Source: a virus
Lineage: Duplodnaviria > Caudoviricetes
Virus record (IMG/VR): IMGVR_UViG_3300005937_000008
Span: 1-64,000 of that record
Strand: one strand, 5' to 3'
DNA: 64,000 nucleotides
Part shown: positions 35,545 through 45,099 of the stretch, piece after piece
How positions within the stretch are numbered: the stretch's first letter is position 1
Layout: the number at the start of each line of letters is the position of its first letter
Translations under genes and position numbers: made by a program
Notes under the pieces: model-generated
Seen by the model: the letters and a program-made list of their open reading frames with translations, nothing else
What the model was told of the DNA's origin: nothing
Databases searched by the model: none

Positions 35545-36797
35545 AGGGCCCCTCCCCTCGCTGCCGGTACGGCCGGTTCTCCACGTTGCGCCACAGGTAC
35601 GGCCTGCTCGCCGCGACGCGCCCGAGGCCCGATTCCTGTTGCCGTTCGCGCAATGCCGCGCACCACCGCGCCAGCAACCTGCCCAGACGCCTCAAGCCCT
35701 ACGGAGACGGCCATGCTGCCGCCGGATGCGGCCCCGACCGCTCCGGCCGCCGTGAGAACAGCGGAGGCGGCGAGTGTTGCGTCGAGGCCACGACCGACCG
35801 TGCCCGCCGCAGTCAGACTTGCGGTTGAGGTGATCGCGGCGTCGCCGGTAGTGCTGCCGGTCACCACTCCGTCGGCGGTCAGGGCCGCCGATATGGCGAG
35901 GCTCGCCGCCCCGGAGGCGCCCCGTATGCCGTCCGCCGCAAGGCCGGCTGTAGATAGCAAGCCGGCGCTGCCTGCTGTTGCCCGAATGCCGTCCGCTGCG
36001 AGGCTGCCCGTAGCCGCCAGGCTTGCACCGGCGGCCGTGGCGCGCACGCCGTTGGCCGTAAGGACAGCCACGGATGCCAGGGTTGCGGCGCCAGCGGTGG
36101 CCCGCACGCCGGAGGCAGAGAGACTCGCTGTTGCCGCGAGCGCTGCATCGCCCGAGGCCGCCCGCTGGCCTGCCGCGGTCAGGGTTGCGGTTGTGGTCAA
36201 AGTGGCGGAGCCGGTGGTGGCCCGGACGCCGGTAGCGGCGAGGGTGGCAGTCGCGGACAGCGCCGCATCACCGGTGGCGCCGGAGGTGACGTCGGCGCCG
36301 GTGAAATCATCGAACCGGAGTAGGTTCGTGGATTCGGCGCGGAGGCCGACGCTGGTGCCGGTGGTGACGGCCGTGTCGGTGACGCTGACGCGCTGGACGC
36401 CGTTAACGAAGCCCTTGATCGTCGACCCGACGGCCTGAACCTTCGCCACGTCGCCCGCGACGGCCGCCCCGGAGAAGCTACCGATGGAGGTGAAGCTTCC
36501 GCCGACGACGCTGAACAAGTTCCATGAGGTGCCGTCGTTGCGCCACAGGTAGCCCTGCGTGAAACCGGTATTCCCGCGGCACCACACGCCATGCGAGACG
36601 GCTCCAGTGGAGGCGATCGTCACCTGTGCGGAGTTGTCGTTGGTGGCCATCGCCGTAGCGGCACGGATGACGATCGTGCCGCCCGCTGTCCCCGACGACA
36701 GCTGGTTGGACACGATGGTCCAGAGGCCGGTCCCGTCAACCCAGTCGGCACCGGGGGCCCCGTTGGCCCGGTTGAAGTCGTCGGTGAAGGTCGTCAT
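35541..36797 (-). CDS. Putative neck/head fibre: lectin-like N-domain plus ~20-aa tandem repeats (418 aa)
   Basis: FTDDFNRANG...RFDDF beta domain; about ten repeats of type TGDAALSATATLAATGVRA. Confidence 0.6.
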   Translation of the reverse strand: MTTFTDDFNRANGAPGADWVDGTGLWTIVSNQLSSGTAGGTIVIRAATAMATNDNSAQVTIASTGAVSHGVWCRGNTGFTQGYLWRNDGTSWNLFSVVGGSFTSIGSFSGAAVAGDVAKVQAVGSTIKGFVNGVQRVSVTDTAVTTGTSVGLRAESTNLLRFDDFTGADVTSGATGDAALSATATLAATGVRATTGSATLTTTATLTAAGQRAASGDAALAATASLSASGVRATAGAATLASVAVLTANGVRATAAGASLAATGSLAADGIRATAGSAGLLSTAGLAADGIRGASGAASLAISAALTADGVVTGSTTGDAAITSTASLTAAGTVGRGLDATLAASAVLTAAGAVGAASGGSMAVSVGLEASGQVAGAVVRGIARTATGIGPRARRGEQAVPVAQRGEPAVPAARGGAL

Positions 36798-36823
36798 GAG
36801 GGCGACCCCTCCCCGTCAGGGTG

Positions 36824-37231
36824 TTACGCCGCTTGCGCCCCGAGCGACACTCCGAGCGTGCTCTGGGTGAACGTGTCGCCAGACGCCCAAGCCTTCGACG
36901 CCGTCAGCGCAATCGAGAACAGGAACGTCCCGGACGTCGATGCCGTCCACACCGAGATGTGCGTCAGCGTCTCCGAGGTACCCCCGTTCGTCCACGCGGA
37001 GGGCGCGGTGCCCAGCGACAGCGCCGAGCCAGACGAGGAGGACGACATCACGCAGCTGTTGCGCGTCGACGACCCGGCGCTGACGTTGGAGGTGCCAGCC
37101 GCACCAGGGTCGCCGGTGTGCAGCTGCACGAACGTCCCGGCGACCGCCGAGTACGCGGCACCACCGTTACCGGTGGTGCGCAGAGTGTTCAGCCAGCCGG
37201 AGACGAGGCTGGGGGCGAGTCCTGCGGTCAT
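36824..37231 (-). CDS. Putative capsid decoration / fibre-anchor protein (135 aa)
   Basis: VQLHTGDPGAAGT..T.THISVWTASTSGTFL pattern seen in virion proteins; position. Confidence 0.55.
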   Translation of the reverse strand: MTAGLAPSLVSGWLNTLRTTGNGGAAYSAVAGTFVQLHTGDPGAAGTSNVSAGSSTRNSCVMSSSSSGSALSLGTAPSAWTNGGTSETLTHISVWTASTSGTFLFSIALTASKAWASGDTFTQSTLGVSLGAQAA

Positions 37232-37365
37232 TGCTCGGCCTCCTCGGGCTCAGCGGCGCCCTCGGGCTCGGTGATGTCGCCGTCGGACTGGTCGGCGTCA
37301 GCGGGGCGAGCGGGAGTGACCTCACCAGAGGCCTCCAACTGGATCACGAACACGCGCTCTTCCAC
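37228..37365 (-). CDS. Small acidic protein (45 aa)
   Basis: Manual translation MEERVFVIQLEASGEVTP...; ATGA overlap with next gene. Confidence 0.5.
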   Translation of the reverse strand: MEERVFVIQLEASGEVTPARPADADQSDGDITEPEGAAEPEEAEQ

Positions 37366-37367
37366 GG

Positions 37368-37697
37368 CTACTTGCTCTCCGGCTTCGCCGGGGCGCGCTT
37401 CGCCGCGGTCTTCTTCGCGGCGGCAGACTTCTCATCCACGTCCGCGGCACTCGGCTTCGTCGCCGCGCCGGCGGGTTCCGGCTTCGGCTCGACGGCGGCC
37501 TCCGGCGGGCGGGGCGCTGCCGTCGTCTCCGGAGCCGAGGCCTTCTTCGCCTCGTCGTCCGGCTTCACGACGTCGTAGTCGTAGTCGTCCTTGAGTGCAG
37601 TGGCGACCTGCTCGGCGTCCACCTTGCGCCCGGCCCGCACGTAGCCCTGGTACTCGTGGATCAGGGCGGCCTTCATGTCGGCCTTGATGTCCCTCAT
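37368..37697 (-). CDS. Hypothetical head-region protein (109 aa)
   Basis: ORF track; ATGA coupling. Confidence 0.6.
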   Translation of the reverse strand: MRDIKADMKAALIHEYQGYVRAGRKVDAEQVATALKDDYDYDVVKPDDEAKKASAPETTAAPRPPEAAVEPKPEPAGAATKPSAADVDEKSAAAKKTAAKRAPAKPESK

Positions 37698-38380
37698 AGC
37701 TCCCTCACCTGCTCAATTTCGGGCAGTTTGGCGTAGTAGTCCTCTTTGAGCCGCCGCCGCAGCGGCGAGCGCTGCCGGGTGCGGTGCTCCAGTCGCACAT
37801 CCCACAGGGCTTCGGCCGGCTCGGCATGATGCTTGATGTCGTTCCCGCACAGCACCCGTGTCCCGGAATCGCCGGGGGCCGTCACTACGTAGTGGGCCTG
37901 CTGCACTCCGATCCCCGGGAGGGCCCGGAACAACACCCGCAGCGGGAACTGGGAGTCGATGTCGTCGCGCTCCCACATCGTCACCTCGGCCACATCCAAC
38001 GCGGTCGCGGCCAACAGCGTGCGCGTGTCGGCAGGCACTTGGGTGAGTATCTCATCGGCATCGATCCGCAAGAACCAGTCGCCCGGCTCGGCAATCGTCG
38101 AGCCAAAGCGGAACATGAAGTCGCGCTTCTCCACCTCGTTGCCCCACCACGGCTGCCGCGGCGTGTGGATCGTGCACCCCATGCCAGCGCCGGCCGCGGT
38201 GTGGGCGATCGTCTCCGCCTGCTCGATCCCTGAGGCCGGCTTCCGCACGGCACCCGGGAACTGAGCGTAGGGACCGTCTACGGCGACCAGGTGGTCACAG
38301 AGTCTCGCCGCGGAGGCCACGCACTCGGCGAGCCACGAGGCGGGTTCCTCGTACCAGGACAGCAGGCCGATGATCTTCAC
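37694..38380 (-). CDS. GT-A fold glycosyltransferase (family 2-like, 228 aa)
   Basis: IIGLLSWYEE..WLAECVAS..LCDHLVAVDG; EVEKRD; WFLRIDADE (DxD). Confidence 0.75.
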   Translation of the reverse strand: MKIIGLLSWYEEPASWLAECVASAARLCDHLVAVDGPYAQFPGAVRKPASGIEQAETIAHTAAGAGMGCTIHTPRQPWWGNEVEKRDFMFRFGSTIAEPGDWFLRIDADEILTQVPADTRTLLAATALDVAEVTMWERDDIDSQFPLRVLFRALPGIGVQQAHYVVTAPGDSGTRVLCGNDIKHHAEPAEALWDVRLEHRTRQRSPLRRRLKEDYYAKLPEIEQVREL

Positions 38381-38877
38381 CCGTGCACCCCCAGCCAGCC
38401 GCCCCGCGGATTCTTCAGTGGCATTCCCGGCTGAACCGTGGCCCTGCATGCCTCACCGAGTGCGTGATGCACCGTCCACTCCTCGTGGCCGTTGCCGCAG
38501 TCATGCACCACGCACACCGAGCCCGGCTTGCCGACCTCGCCCCAGAGCTTGATCTCCCCGAAGCGGAACTCGATGTCGCTGTCCAGGATCACCAGGTCTG
38601 CCGCGGCCATCTGATCCGCCGACGGCGTGACGAGCTCCGGATGTGCCGGCGCCTGCCGCCATGCGGGATCCGACTCGAAACCCAGGAACTCGCACGCTGC
38701 CAGATCAAGGTGGTCTGTGATGCGGCCGATCCCGACGCCCGTCTCCAGGACCAGGGCCGGTCGCAGCATCCGCTGGAGCATGCCGACGAAGCGGCAGAAG
38801 TCCTGCTCCGGCGACCACTCGTCCCACGACAGCCAGCCGAGCTCGGCGTGCCGCGTGAACTGCTTCTCGTCCTGCAT
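38377..38877 (-). CDS. Class I SAM-dependent methyltransferase (166 aa)
   Basis: LRPALVLETGVGIG motif I; LGFESD; DLVILDS; GSVCVVHD. Confidence 0.7.
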   Translation of the reverse strand: MQDEKQFTRHAELGWLSWDEWSPEQDFCRFVGMLQRMLRPALVLETGVGIGRITDHLDLAACEFLGFESDPAWRQAPAHPELVTPSADQMAAADLVILDSDIEFRFGEIKLWGEVGKPGSVCVVHDCGNGHEEWTVHHALGEACRATVQPGMPLKNPRGGWLGVHG

Positions 38878-38928
38878 GACACCCCCGACAGGGGCCGAAC
38901 CCGCCGATCCGGCCCCCGCCTAGTTGAT

Positions 38929-40323
38929 CTAGAAGGTCGGTGCCACGAGGCCGGTCCCGGTCACCTCGACGACGCTCGCCGGATAGCGGGCCGCCGTGAA
39001 GGCCAGGTAGCCATACACCTGCAGGCGGACCGTCAGCGTGCCCGAGCCGACGTCCGGTAGCACCCTGGAACGGAGCCCCGATTCGTACAGCAGGATGTCC
39101 GAGGCGCGCAGAACGTGGACGACGTCCTCGTTCGTGCCCGCACCCAGCGCGGTCGGCATCGACGGATCCGTGACGACCGGCAGCCCGTGCATCTGACCGA
39201 CGATCTGCTGCGAAGCCACTGAGCCGAGCGTGGCGATCGCGTTCTGCGGGTTCCCGGCCTCCGGAACGACCAGAGGACGCCCGTTGGAGTCCGCCGCCGC
39301 CAGCAGATACGCCCACCGGCGCGGGTGCATCACGATCACGGTCGGCGCCATGAAGCGCAGGGTGTGCACCCGCTGCACCGCATCCGCGATCTTGCTGTAC
39401 AGCTTCGCCACCGTCGGCGTCGCATCCGTGTACGTGATCGTCGTGATACCCGACGTGCCACGAACGCCCGTCACCTGGCCGGACGAACCCGAGCCAGAGA
39501 TGACCTGAAGGTCCGTCTTCGTCGCATGGTCCGCCACCAGGTCACGGAAGATGACCTCGTCGAACGACACCGGCGACTGATCCAGGAGCTGGATGGCCAC
39601 GTCCTGCTGGCCGGCGATCGTGCGCACCGGAGCGTTGATGAACGTGTCCGTCAGGTCCGTCTCCTGCACCGCCGCGTTGTCCGCGGTCTGCACCGCGGTG
39701 GCAGTGCCGGTGGCGACCTTCGGGATGTTGATCGAGTCGGTGCCCGGCGGCAGCGGCTGCTGGTTGACGACGTTCGCGTAGGCGCGGCCCGCGCGGGCCA
39801 GGTCCACATACTGGCTCATCAGCCACAGCGGCGGAACGAAGTAGCCGCCGTTGCCGTCGGTGCGGTTGAGGTCGCGGTACTCCTGGCCGGTCGCCACATC
39901 CTGGGCGTGCCGCTGCAGCCGCTCGCGGGCCCCGCCGTCCGCATCCATGTTGAGCTGGACGCGGGCCAGGTCCTGCAGGTAGGAGCGGCCGTTGCCGCGC
40001 TCGTAAGTGCGGGCCTCGGTGACGGTCTCGACGCGGGCGCGGGCCCGCTTGACCGCGGCAGCACCCTCGGTGACGGTGCGGGACCGCTCCGCCTCGTCGG
40101 AGAGTTCGCTGATGCGCTCGTCGAGGGCGCGCAGCTCCTCGTCCTTGGCCTTCACCTGTGCCGTGAACTCGCGGAACTCGGCGTCCTCCTCGGGAAGGAG
40201 GTCCTCGCGGGCCTCCTCCTCGGCGAGATCAGTGATGGCCTTGCGCTTGGCGAGGATCTCCTCGCGTTCACGCGCAGTCTGCTCGCGCCTGGCGACCAGC
40301 CGCTTGAAACGCTCGTCAGCCAT
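38929..40323 (-). CDS. Major capsid protein, HK97 fold with delta domain (464 aa)
   Basis: Coiled-coil N-terminus; DGNGGYFVPPLW..INIPK..VRTIAG pattern; position. Confidence 0.92.
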   Translation of the reverse strand: MADERFKRLVARREQTAREREEILAKRKAITDLAEEEAREDLLPEEDAEFREFTAQVKAKDEELRALDERISELSDEAERSRTVTEGAAAVKRARARVETVTEARTYERGNGRSYLQDLARVQLNMDADGGARERLQRHAQDVATGQEYRDLNRTDGNGGYFVPPLWLMSQYVDLARAGRAYANVVNQQPLPPGTDSINIPKVATGTATAVQTADNAAVQETDLTDTFINAPVRTIAGQQDVAIQLLDQSPVSFDEVIFRDLVADHATKTDLQVISGSGSSGQVTGVRGTSGITTITYTDATPTVAKLYSKIADAVQRVHTLRFMAPTVIVMHPRRWAYLLAAADSNGRPLVVPEAGNPQNAIATLGSVASQQIVGQMHGLPVVTDPSMPTALGAGTNEDVVHVLRASDILLYESGLRSRVLPDVGSGTLTVRLQVYGYLAFTAARYPASVVEVTGTGLVAPTF

Positions 40324-40465
40324 GACGAGTCTCCATTCCTGGATGGTGGATCGTGACGGCGGCCCGTGCCGGACCGTGATGAGCCGTCGACCAGCCAGTG
40401 CCAGGCGCGCGACAGCAGCCGTGATCAGTGCCAGACCACGGAAAGATCAGAGATGTGCGTCGGTC

Positions 40466-41515
40466 TCAGCCGACGTCTTCGAGATGGCGTCGCAGATGGC
40501 GCTCGATGGCCGCCTTCTGGTCGGCATCCATGTCAGCCTGAGGCAGCAGCGACAACGCGTGCCGGACAGCAGGCAGGTTCGCCGGGGCGCCGATGCGCGG
40601 CTCGTGGTGTGCGAACCGGTACGACTCGGGGGCCTCTGGATCGCCGCCGGGGTCGACCCAGGCATGCATGTAGCGCAGAACAGCCTGATTGCCAGCCGCG
40701 CCGGCTGCTGCTCCGCGGCGGTCGAACCCCGGCTCAGTGGAAACGTCCGTCCGGTGCGCCGGGATGTGCGGCGAGACCTGAACGGGTACGTCGCCGTCCG
40801 CGATGGCGCGGGCCTCGGCAAGCGACAGCCGGCCGGGCGCCTTGCGCTCCGGCTTCATCTGCCGGTGCAGGGCAAGGACGTTGTCGCGGGCCCGCGTCAG
40901 CCGGCCCAAGTCGACGCCGTCGCCTGACCGCAGCTCCGCCATGGCGGCTTCTGGGTCGAGCTTGGCGAGCACCTCAAGCGCGTCGGCCGCCGAATTGAGC
41001 TGCGCCGAAGTCGCCGGGTTCGCGCCGAAGTTCACGACCGATACGTCGCCCTTGTGAAGGGACACCTCGGTCAGGGTGCGCTCGGTGTCGTCCTCCGACC
41101 AGGCATCGGCCTTCACGCGGAATGCGAACGACATTTCGTCCATGTCGCCGCGTTCCATCTTCGTTTCCAGACGCTGCACGTCCGGGTCGCGCCGGTCCAG
41201 GCTCGCCTCCACCAGCAAGCCCTTGGAGTCCGTCGACAGCTGCAGCGTCCCCGACTTGGTGCGGGCCAGCGGCATGCCCTCGTGGTTGATGAGCAGATGC
41301 AAGTCGGGCTTCGCCGCCAGCGTCACGTCGAACGCGCCCGGGTCGACACGCTCCGTCCACCCGTAGGGTGGGCCGCCGAGCACGTCGTAGCCATTCCCGA
41401 AGACGCTCGCATACCCGGTCAGGGTCAGCCCGTCGCCCTTGGCACGGAGTTCGAAGCCGGCTGCGGCGATCGCGCGCCGCTCCGGAGCATCACGCAGCTG
41501 ATGCCGGTCAACCAT
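40466..41515 (-). CDS. HK97-family prohead protease with C-terminal extension (349 aa)
   Basis: LTGYASVF..ERVDPGAF..LLINHEG..LART..DEMSFAF..EVSL..DVSVVNFGANP. Confidence 0.9.
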   Translation of the reverse strand: MVDRHQLRDAPERRAIAAAGFELRAKGDGLTLTGYASVFGNGYDVLGGPPYGWTERVDPGAFDVTLAAKPDLHLLINHEGMPLARTKSGTLQLSTDSKGLLVEASLDRRDPDVQRLETKMERGDMDEMSFAFRVKADAWSEDDTERTLTEVSLHKGDVSVVNFGANPATSAQLNSAADALEVLAKLDPEAAMAELRSGDGVDLGRLTRARDNVLALHRQMKPERKAPGRLSLAEARAIADGDVPVQVSPHIPAHRTDVSTEPGFDRRGAAAGAAGNQAVLRYMHAWVDPGGDPEAPESYRFAHHEPRIGAPANLPAVRHALSLLPQADMDADQKAAIERHLRRHLEDVG

Positions 41516-42755
41516 CGGTGCCTTCCTTTCGGATGAGGCGCAACGGCCCCGGTTCGTCGCTCCGGATCGTTGGAGGTGAAATGACCGCGCCCGACGCGAT
41601 CGGCAGCGGCGTGAAGTCCTGGCCCGCCCCGTTCGGCAGCGGAGGCTCGTCCTCAAGCGCCCGGAGGCCGTCGATGTTGTCCCAGCCGATCAGGCGCTTC
41701 TTCTCGTGCACCTCGAAGCGGGTCAGCAGGTCCGCCCTGATGAGCACGTCCGGGTCGAACTTGACGTACTGGCCTCGCGGCAGCAGCGCCGACAGGTGCG
41801 ACTCCAGCAGGGCCAGCCACGGCAGCAGCGAGAACTGCACCAGCTCGATCTGCCGCTGCTCTGGGCTGCTGTACGACATCGACCCGCCGGTCTCGCCGCC
41901 GATCATCTCCGGCGGGATTCCATAGATGGAGGCGATCGTCGTCGCGGTCAGCCGCATCGTCTGCACAAACTGCGCCTCGTTCGGGCTGACCGTGACCGGC
42001 TCGTAATCCCAGTCCTTGCCGTACACGATCGGCTCGTGCGAGCGGATCGCCTGCACCAGTCGCCGCTTGATGACGTTCGCCTGCGTCTGGTCGACGACCT
42101 GCTGCGTGTTCTTGAAGCGCCCGGGGGGCACGCCACCGCTGCGATACCAGTCATCGGAAAACTGCTGCGCCGCAAGCCCCGTCGACACCGTCACCGCATA
42201 CGCGCCGATCGGCGACAGACCCCACACGCGGCCCGGCAACTGGAACCACGGGATGTGCACGACGTCCTCGGATGGCAGCCGCTCCCCCATGTAGGAGAAC
42301 TTCGGGTTGGTGAACGACCCTGGCTCGCCCATCGACGCCAGCCGGTCCTCGCACAGCACGAATGCCGGATCCAGCCACTCGACCTCGACCGGGTACTCCA
42401 GATAGTCCCGCGCCGTCACCACACCAACCGCGTTTCCGCGGTACGCGAGCGATGTCACTGCACGGAACACCCAGTCGTGCAGCGTCCCCTGTGCGGACGG
42501 CTGAGTGAACAGCGACGGCAGCGGCAACTCCTGCTTCGAGTCGCCCATCTGCCGGTACACGCACAACGGCATCCCGGAAATCGTTGCCGCCAACAGTCGC
42601 CCCGCAGCAAGCACCGGGCCTAGCCGCAGAGCACCGTCCTCATTCAGCGCCGCCGGCGACGCAAGCGGATCCGACGGCCACGACACCGAAGACGAATCCA
42701 GACTCCGCCGCTCGTCACCGCCACGCCTCAGCAACCCGCGAAGGGGATTGCGCAC
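41508..42755 (-). CDS. Portal protein, HK97 family (415 aa)
   Basis: LAYRGNA..GLSPI..GGVPPG..IASIYGIPPEMIG. Confidence 0.92.
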   Translation of the reverse strand: MRNPLRGLLRRGGDERRSLDSSSVSWPSDPLASPAALNEDGALRLGPVLAAGRLLAATISGMPLCVYRQMGDSKQELPLPSLFTQPSAQGTLHDWVFRAVTSLAYRGNAVGVVTARDYLEYPVEVEWLDPAFVLCEDRLASMGEPGSFTNPKFSYMGERLPSEDVVHIPWFQLPGRVWGLSPIGAYAVTVSTGLAAQQFSDDWYRSGGVPPGRFKNTQQVVDQTQANVIKRRLVQAIRSHEPIVYGKDWDYEPVTVSPNEAQFVQTMRLTATTIASIYGIPPEMIGGETGGSMSYSSPEQRQIELVQFSLLPWLALLESHLSALLPRGQYVKFDPDVLIRADLLTRFEVHEKKRLIGWDNIDGLRALEDEPPLPNGAGQDFTPLPIASGAVISPPTIRSDEPGPLRLIRKEGTDG

Positions 42756-42770
42756 GACGCACCCCCTCCG

Positions 42771-44318
42771 TCAGAACACCGACTCCAGAACGTCGTACTG
42801 GGCTTGTTCGAGCAGATGCGAGCGGGTGACGTAGGACCAGCGGGCCAGCGTCATCGCCACCAGCGGGCTGATGTCGCCCTCCACGCCCTTCACCGTCCAG
42901 GCGATCGTCTCGCCCGTCTGCCGGGTCTTCGCCGAAGCGACCGCCACATCCAGATGCCGGTTCGGCACGACGCGGAAGTTCTCTTCGCGGACCGCCTCCA
43001 GCACCTGGCCAGCCGCCGCCGCCATATCGACCGCGTTCGTCACCGCCAGATCACCCGGCTCCGGCGCCTCGGAATCCTCCGGCCGCTGGAAGCCCGCCTT
43101 GTCCAGCGCGGTCTCGAGGAACGCGAACGTCCCCCGGCCCATGCTGACGGCCACCGGATCCAGCGCATCCCGCAGTTCCATCAGCCGCGGGATCAGCCAC
43201 TTCGTGCCCGGCCGGTAGTCCGCCAGCTGCGTGTGCCCCAGCCCGTCTGCGCGCAGCCCGTACACGCACACCGCGGCATAGTCCCGCAGCGGGCTGATGT
43301 CGACACCGATCGCCACACCTGCCTCGCGGTCCCGCTCCGACGACGCGTCCGCCAGCCGCACCCACGCCCCAGGGTCGATGACCGCATTGCCTTGTGTGAT
43401 CTTCGGCCAGATACACAGCCGCTCCCGCGCAAAACCGGCGTTGCCCATCGAGCGGCGCTCCCGAAGGATCGTCTCCTCCGTCAGCCGCATCCCCAATGCG
43501 GGATTCGACGCCGCCCACAGCCGCCGGTCGTCCAGATCGATGTCATCCAGGTGGTCGAGATCGCCCGCAACCCCCCAGTCCCGCCAGCCGAGACTGTCAT
43601 CGCCGCCCGCATCAGCGCGCCGCTTCAGGTTGAACATGACCTCGCCGGACTCGCCATTCAGCGGCGGCGACGACGTGTAGATGATCTGGGCGTTCGGTCG
43701 GGCCGCCATCGCCGGCATCAACGCGTCCTGCTGCTCCGCCGTGAACGCGAACGACTCGTCAATGATGACCAGATCACCCGAGAAACCACGGCCCGAACCC
43801 TTCGACCGGGCCACGAACTTGATGCGGGCCTCAGTGTCGAGCCTCTCGAAGCCTTCCTCGCCGTTCGTATTGATGAACTTGACGAGGACGCCATCGATAT
43901 CCCACAGGTTCTCGTTGTTCGGATTCACCTGCTTGCCCAGCCGCCGAAGCAGCGTCCGGCAGCGGCGAAAGGCCTCCATCGACGTCTTGTACTCGTGCGC
44001 CGACCACATGATGAGCGACTCATCCAGCAGCAGAAACCCGGCTAGAGCGCGAATCTCCAGAATCGAGCCCTTGCCGTTCTGGCGGGCCACGATCTCGCCG
44101 TACTCGTAACACGCCCACTTGCCGTCATCCCGGCACGCCAACATCAGGTTCACGGCGTCCGCCTGCCACGGATCCGCAACCAGGCCGGCCCGATTCGCCA
44201 GCTCGCACGCCTCCGGCCCCAGCGTGTACTCGTAGGCCGGGGCAAGCTCAACCCTCGGCCTTGCGCCGCCTTTCAGCGATCCGCTTCGAGAGATCCGCGA
44301 CACCCGAACCCCCCGCAA
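42771..44318 (-). CDS. Terminase large subunit (start uncertain)
   Basis: Walker A ARQNGKG; RGFSGDLVIIDE Walker B; YTSS motif III; C-terminal GVDISP..DISPLVA nuclease domain. Confidence 0.93.
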   Translation of the reverse strand: MRGVRVSRISRSGSLKGGARPRVELAPAYEYTLGPEACELANRAGLVADPWQADAVNLMLACRDDGKWACYEYGEIVARQNGKGSILEIRALAGFLLLDESLIMWSAHEYKTSMEAFRRCRTLLRRLGKQVNPNNENLWDIDGVLVKFINTNGEEGFERLDTEARIKFVARSKGSGRGFSGDLVIIDESFAFTAEQQDALMPAMAARPNAQIIYTSSPPLNGESGEVMFNLKRRADAGGDDSLGWRDWGVAGDLDHLDDIDLDDRRLWAASNPALGMRLTEETILRERRSMGNAGFARERLCIWPKITQGNAVIDPGAWVRLADASSERDREAGVAIGVDISPLRDYAAVCVYGLRADGLGHTQLADYRPGTKWLIPRLMELRDALDPVAVSMGRGTFAFLETALDKAGFQRPEDSEAPEPGDLAVTNAVDMAAAAGQVLEAVREENFRVVPNRHLDVAVASAKTRQTGETIAWTVKGVEGDISPLVAMTLARWSYVTRSHLLEQAQYDVLESVF

Positions 44319-44646
44319 TTTCCGCCGGAGCTGGCGCAGACGTTGACGAACCCTTCAAACCCTGCCGAATCTCCGCCACAAGCCCCCGAAGAGCCGTCGC
44401 CTGCTGGCGAGACTCCGCCAAAAACCCCGAGATATCACCGGAGCTGGCCCCGCCTTCTTCGTCATCCGTATTGCCAGGTGAAGCCCAACGCAGGAGAATC
44501 GCGTTCAGCCAATCCAGCCGGTCAGCGAGACGGCACGCCTCCTCCAACAGCACCATGTGCGCCGGAGTCAGAGCCGCAGCCGCCGTCATCTCCCGCCAGA
44601 GCCGCTCGCCCCGATCCCCCAAGTCGGCCGGAGGCGAATCGCTCAT
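44248..44646 (-). CDS. Terminase small subunit (132 aa)
   Basis: LGDRGERLWREM..LLEEACRLADRLD; position. Confidence 0.75.
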   Translation of the reverse strand: MSDSPPADLGDRGERLWREMTAAAALTPAHMVLLEEACRLADRLDWLNAILLRWASPGNTDDEEGGASSGDISGFLAESRQQATALRGLVAEIRQGLKGSSTSAPAPAEIAGGSGVADLSKRIAERRRKAEG

Positions 44647-44649
44647 CGA

Positions 44650-44790
44650 ATCCCCCAGAAATTAAAGGATCTTGCTCCTGAGATTTCCCTGCGGGGGGAG
44701 ATTTTTTTCAGGGGCGTGTGGGGTCAAAGCGAGAGTGGATCAAAAAACGGACATTCCCACCCATGCGTGCACGTTTATGCAGGTCAGAGG
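44650..44790. other. Candidate cos/packaging initiation region
   Basis: Lower-GC non-coding gap between HNH and small terminase with A/T and G/C runs (minus strand AAAAAAATCTCCCCCCG); HNH-TerS-TerL order is typical of cos phages. Confidence 0.5.
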
Positions 44791-45080
44791 CTTGCAGCCC
44801 TCACCGAGTGCACCGCCCTCGGCTTCTTCCTCGCCCTTGCCTGGTTCGACTTGATGGAGTTGCAGCGGCGGTGGGCAAGCCTGCAGTTCGCCCGGTCGAG
44901 TGGGTCGCCGCCCTCCCACAGCTCGCGCACGTGGTCCACGGTTCGGGCCATCGGATGCGTGCGGCCGTCGAGGCTCTGGTCGACCCATTCGCCGCACCAC
45001 CAGCAGTGCGTCTCCTCGGCGTAGACCTGGGCCTGCACGTTCCACCATGCCGTGCCCGCACGTCCCTTGCTGTAGGCCAC
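44784..45080 (-). CDS. HNH endonuclease (98 aa)
   Basis: CWWCG..TVDHV..ANCRLAHRRCNSIK. Confidence 0.88.
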   Translation of the reverse strand: MAYSKGRAGTAWWNVQAQVYAEETHCWWCGEWVDQSLDGRTHPMARTVDHVRELWEGGDPLDRANCRLAHRRCNSIKSNQARARKKPRAVHSVRAASL

Positions 45081-45099
45081 GGCTACCTCCAGGCCTGAG

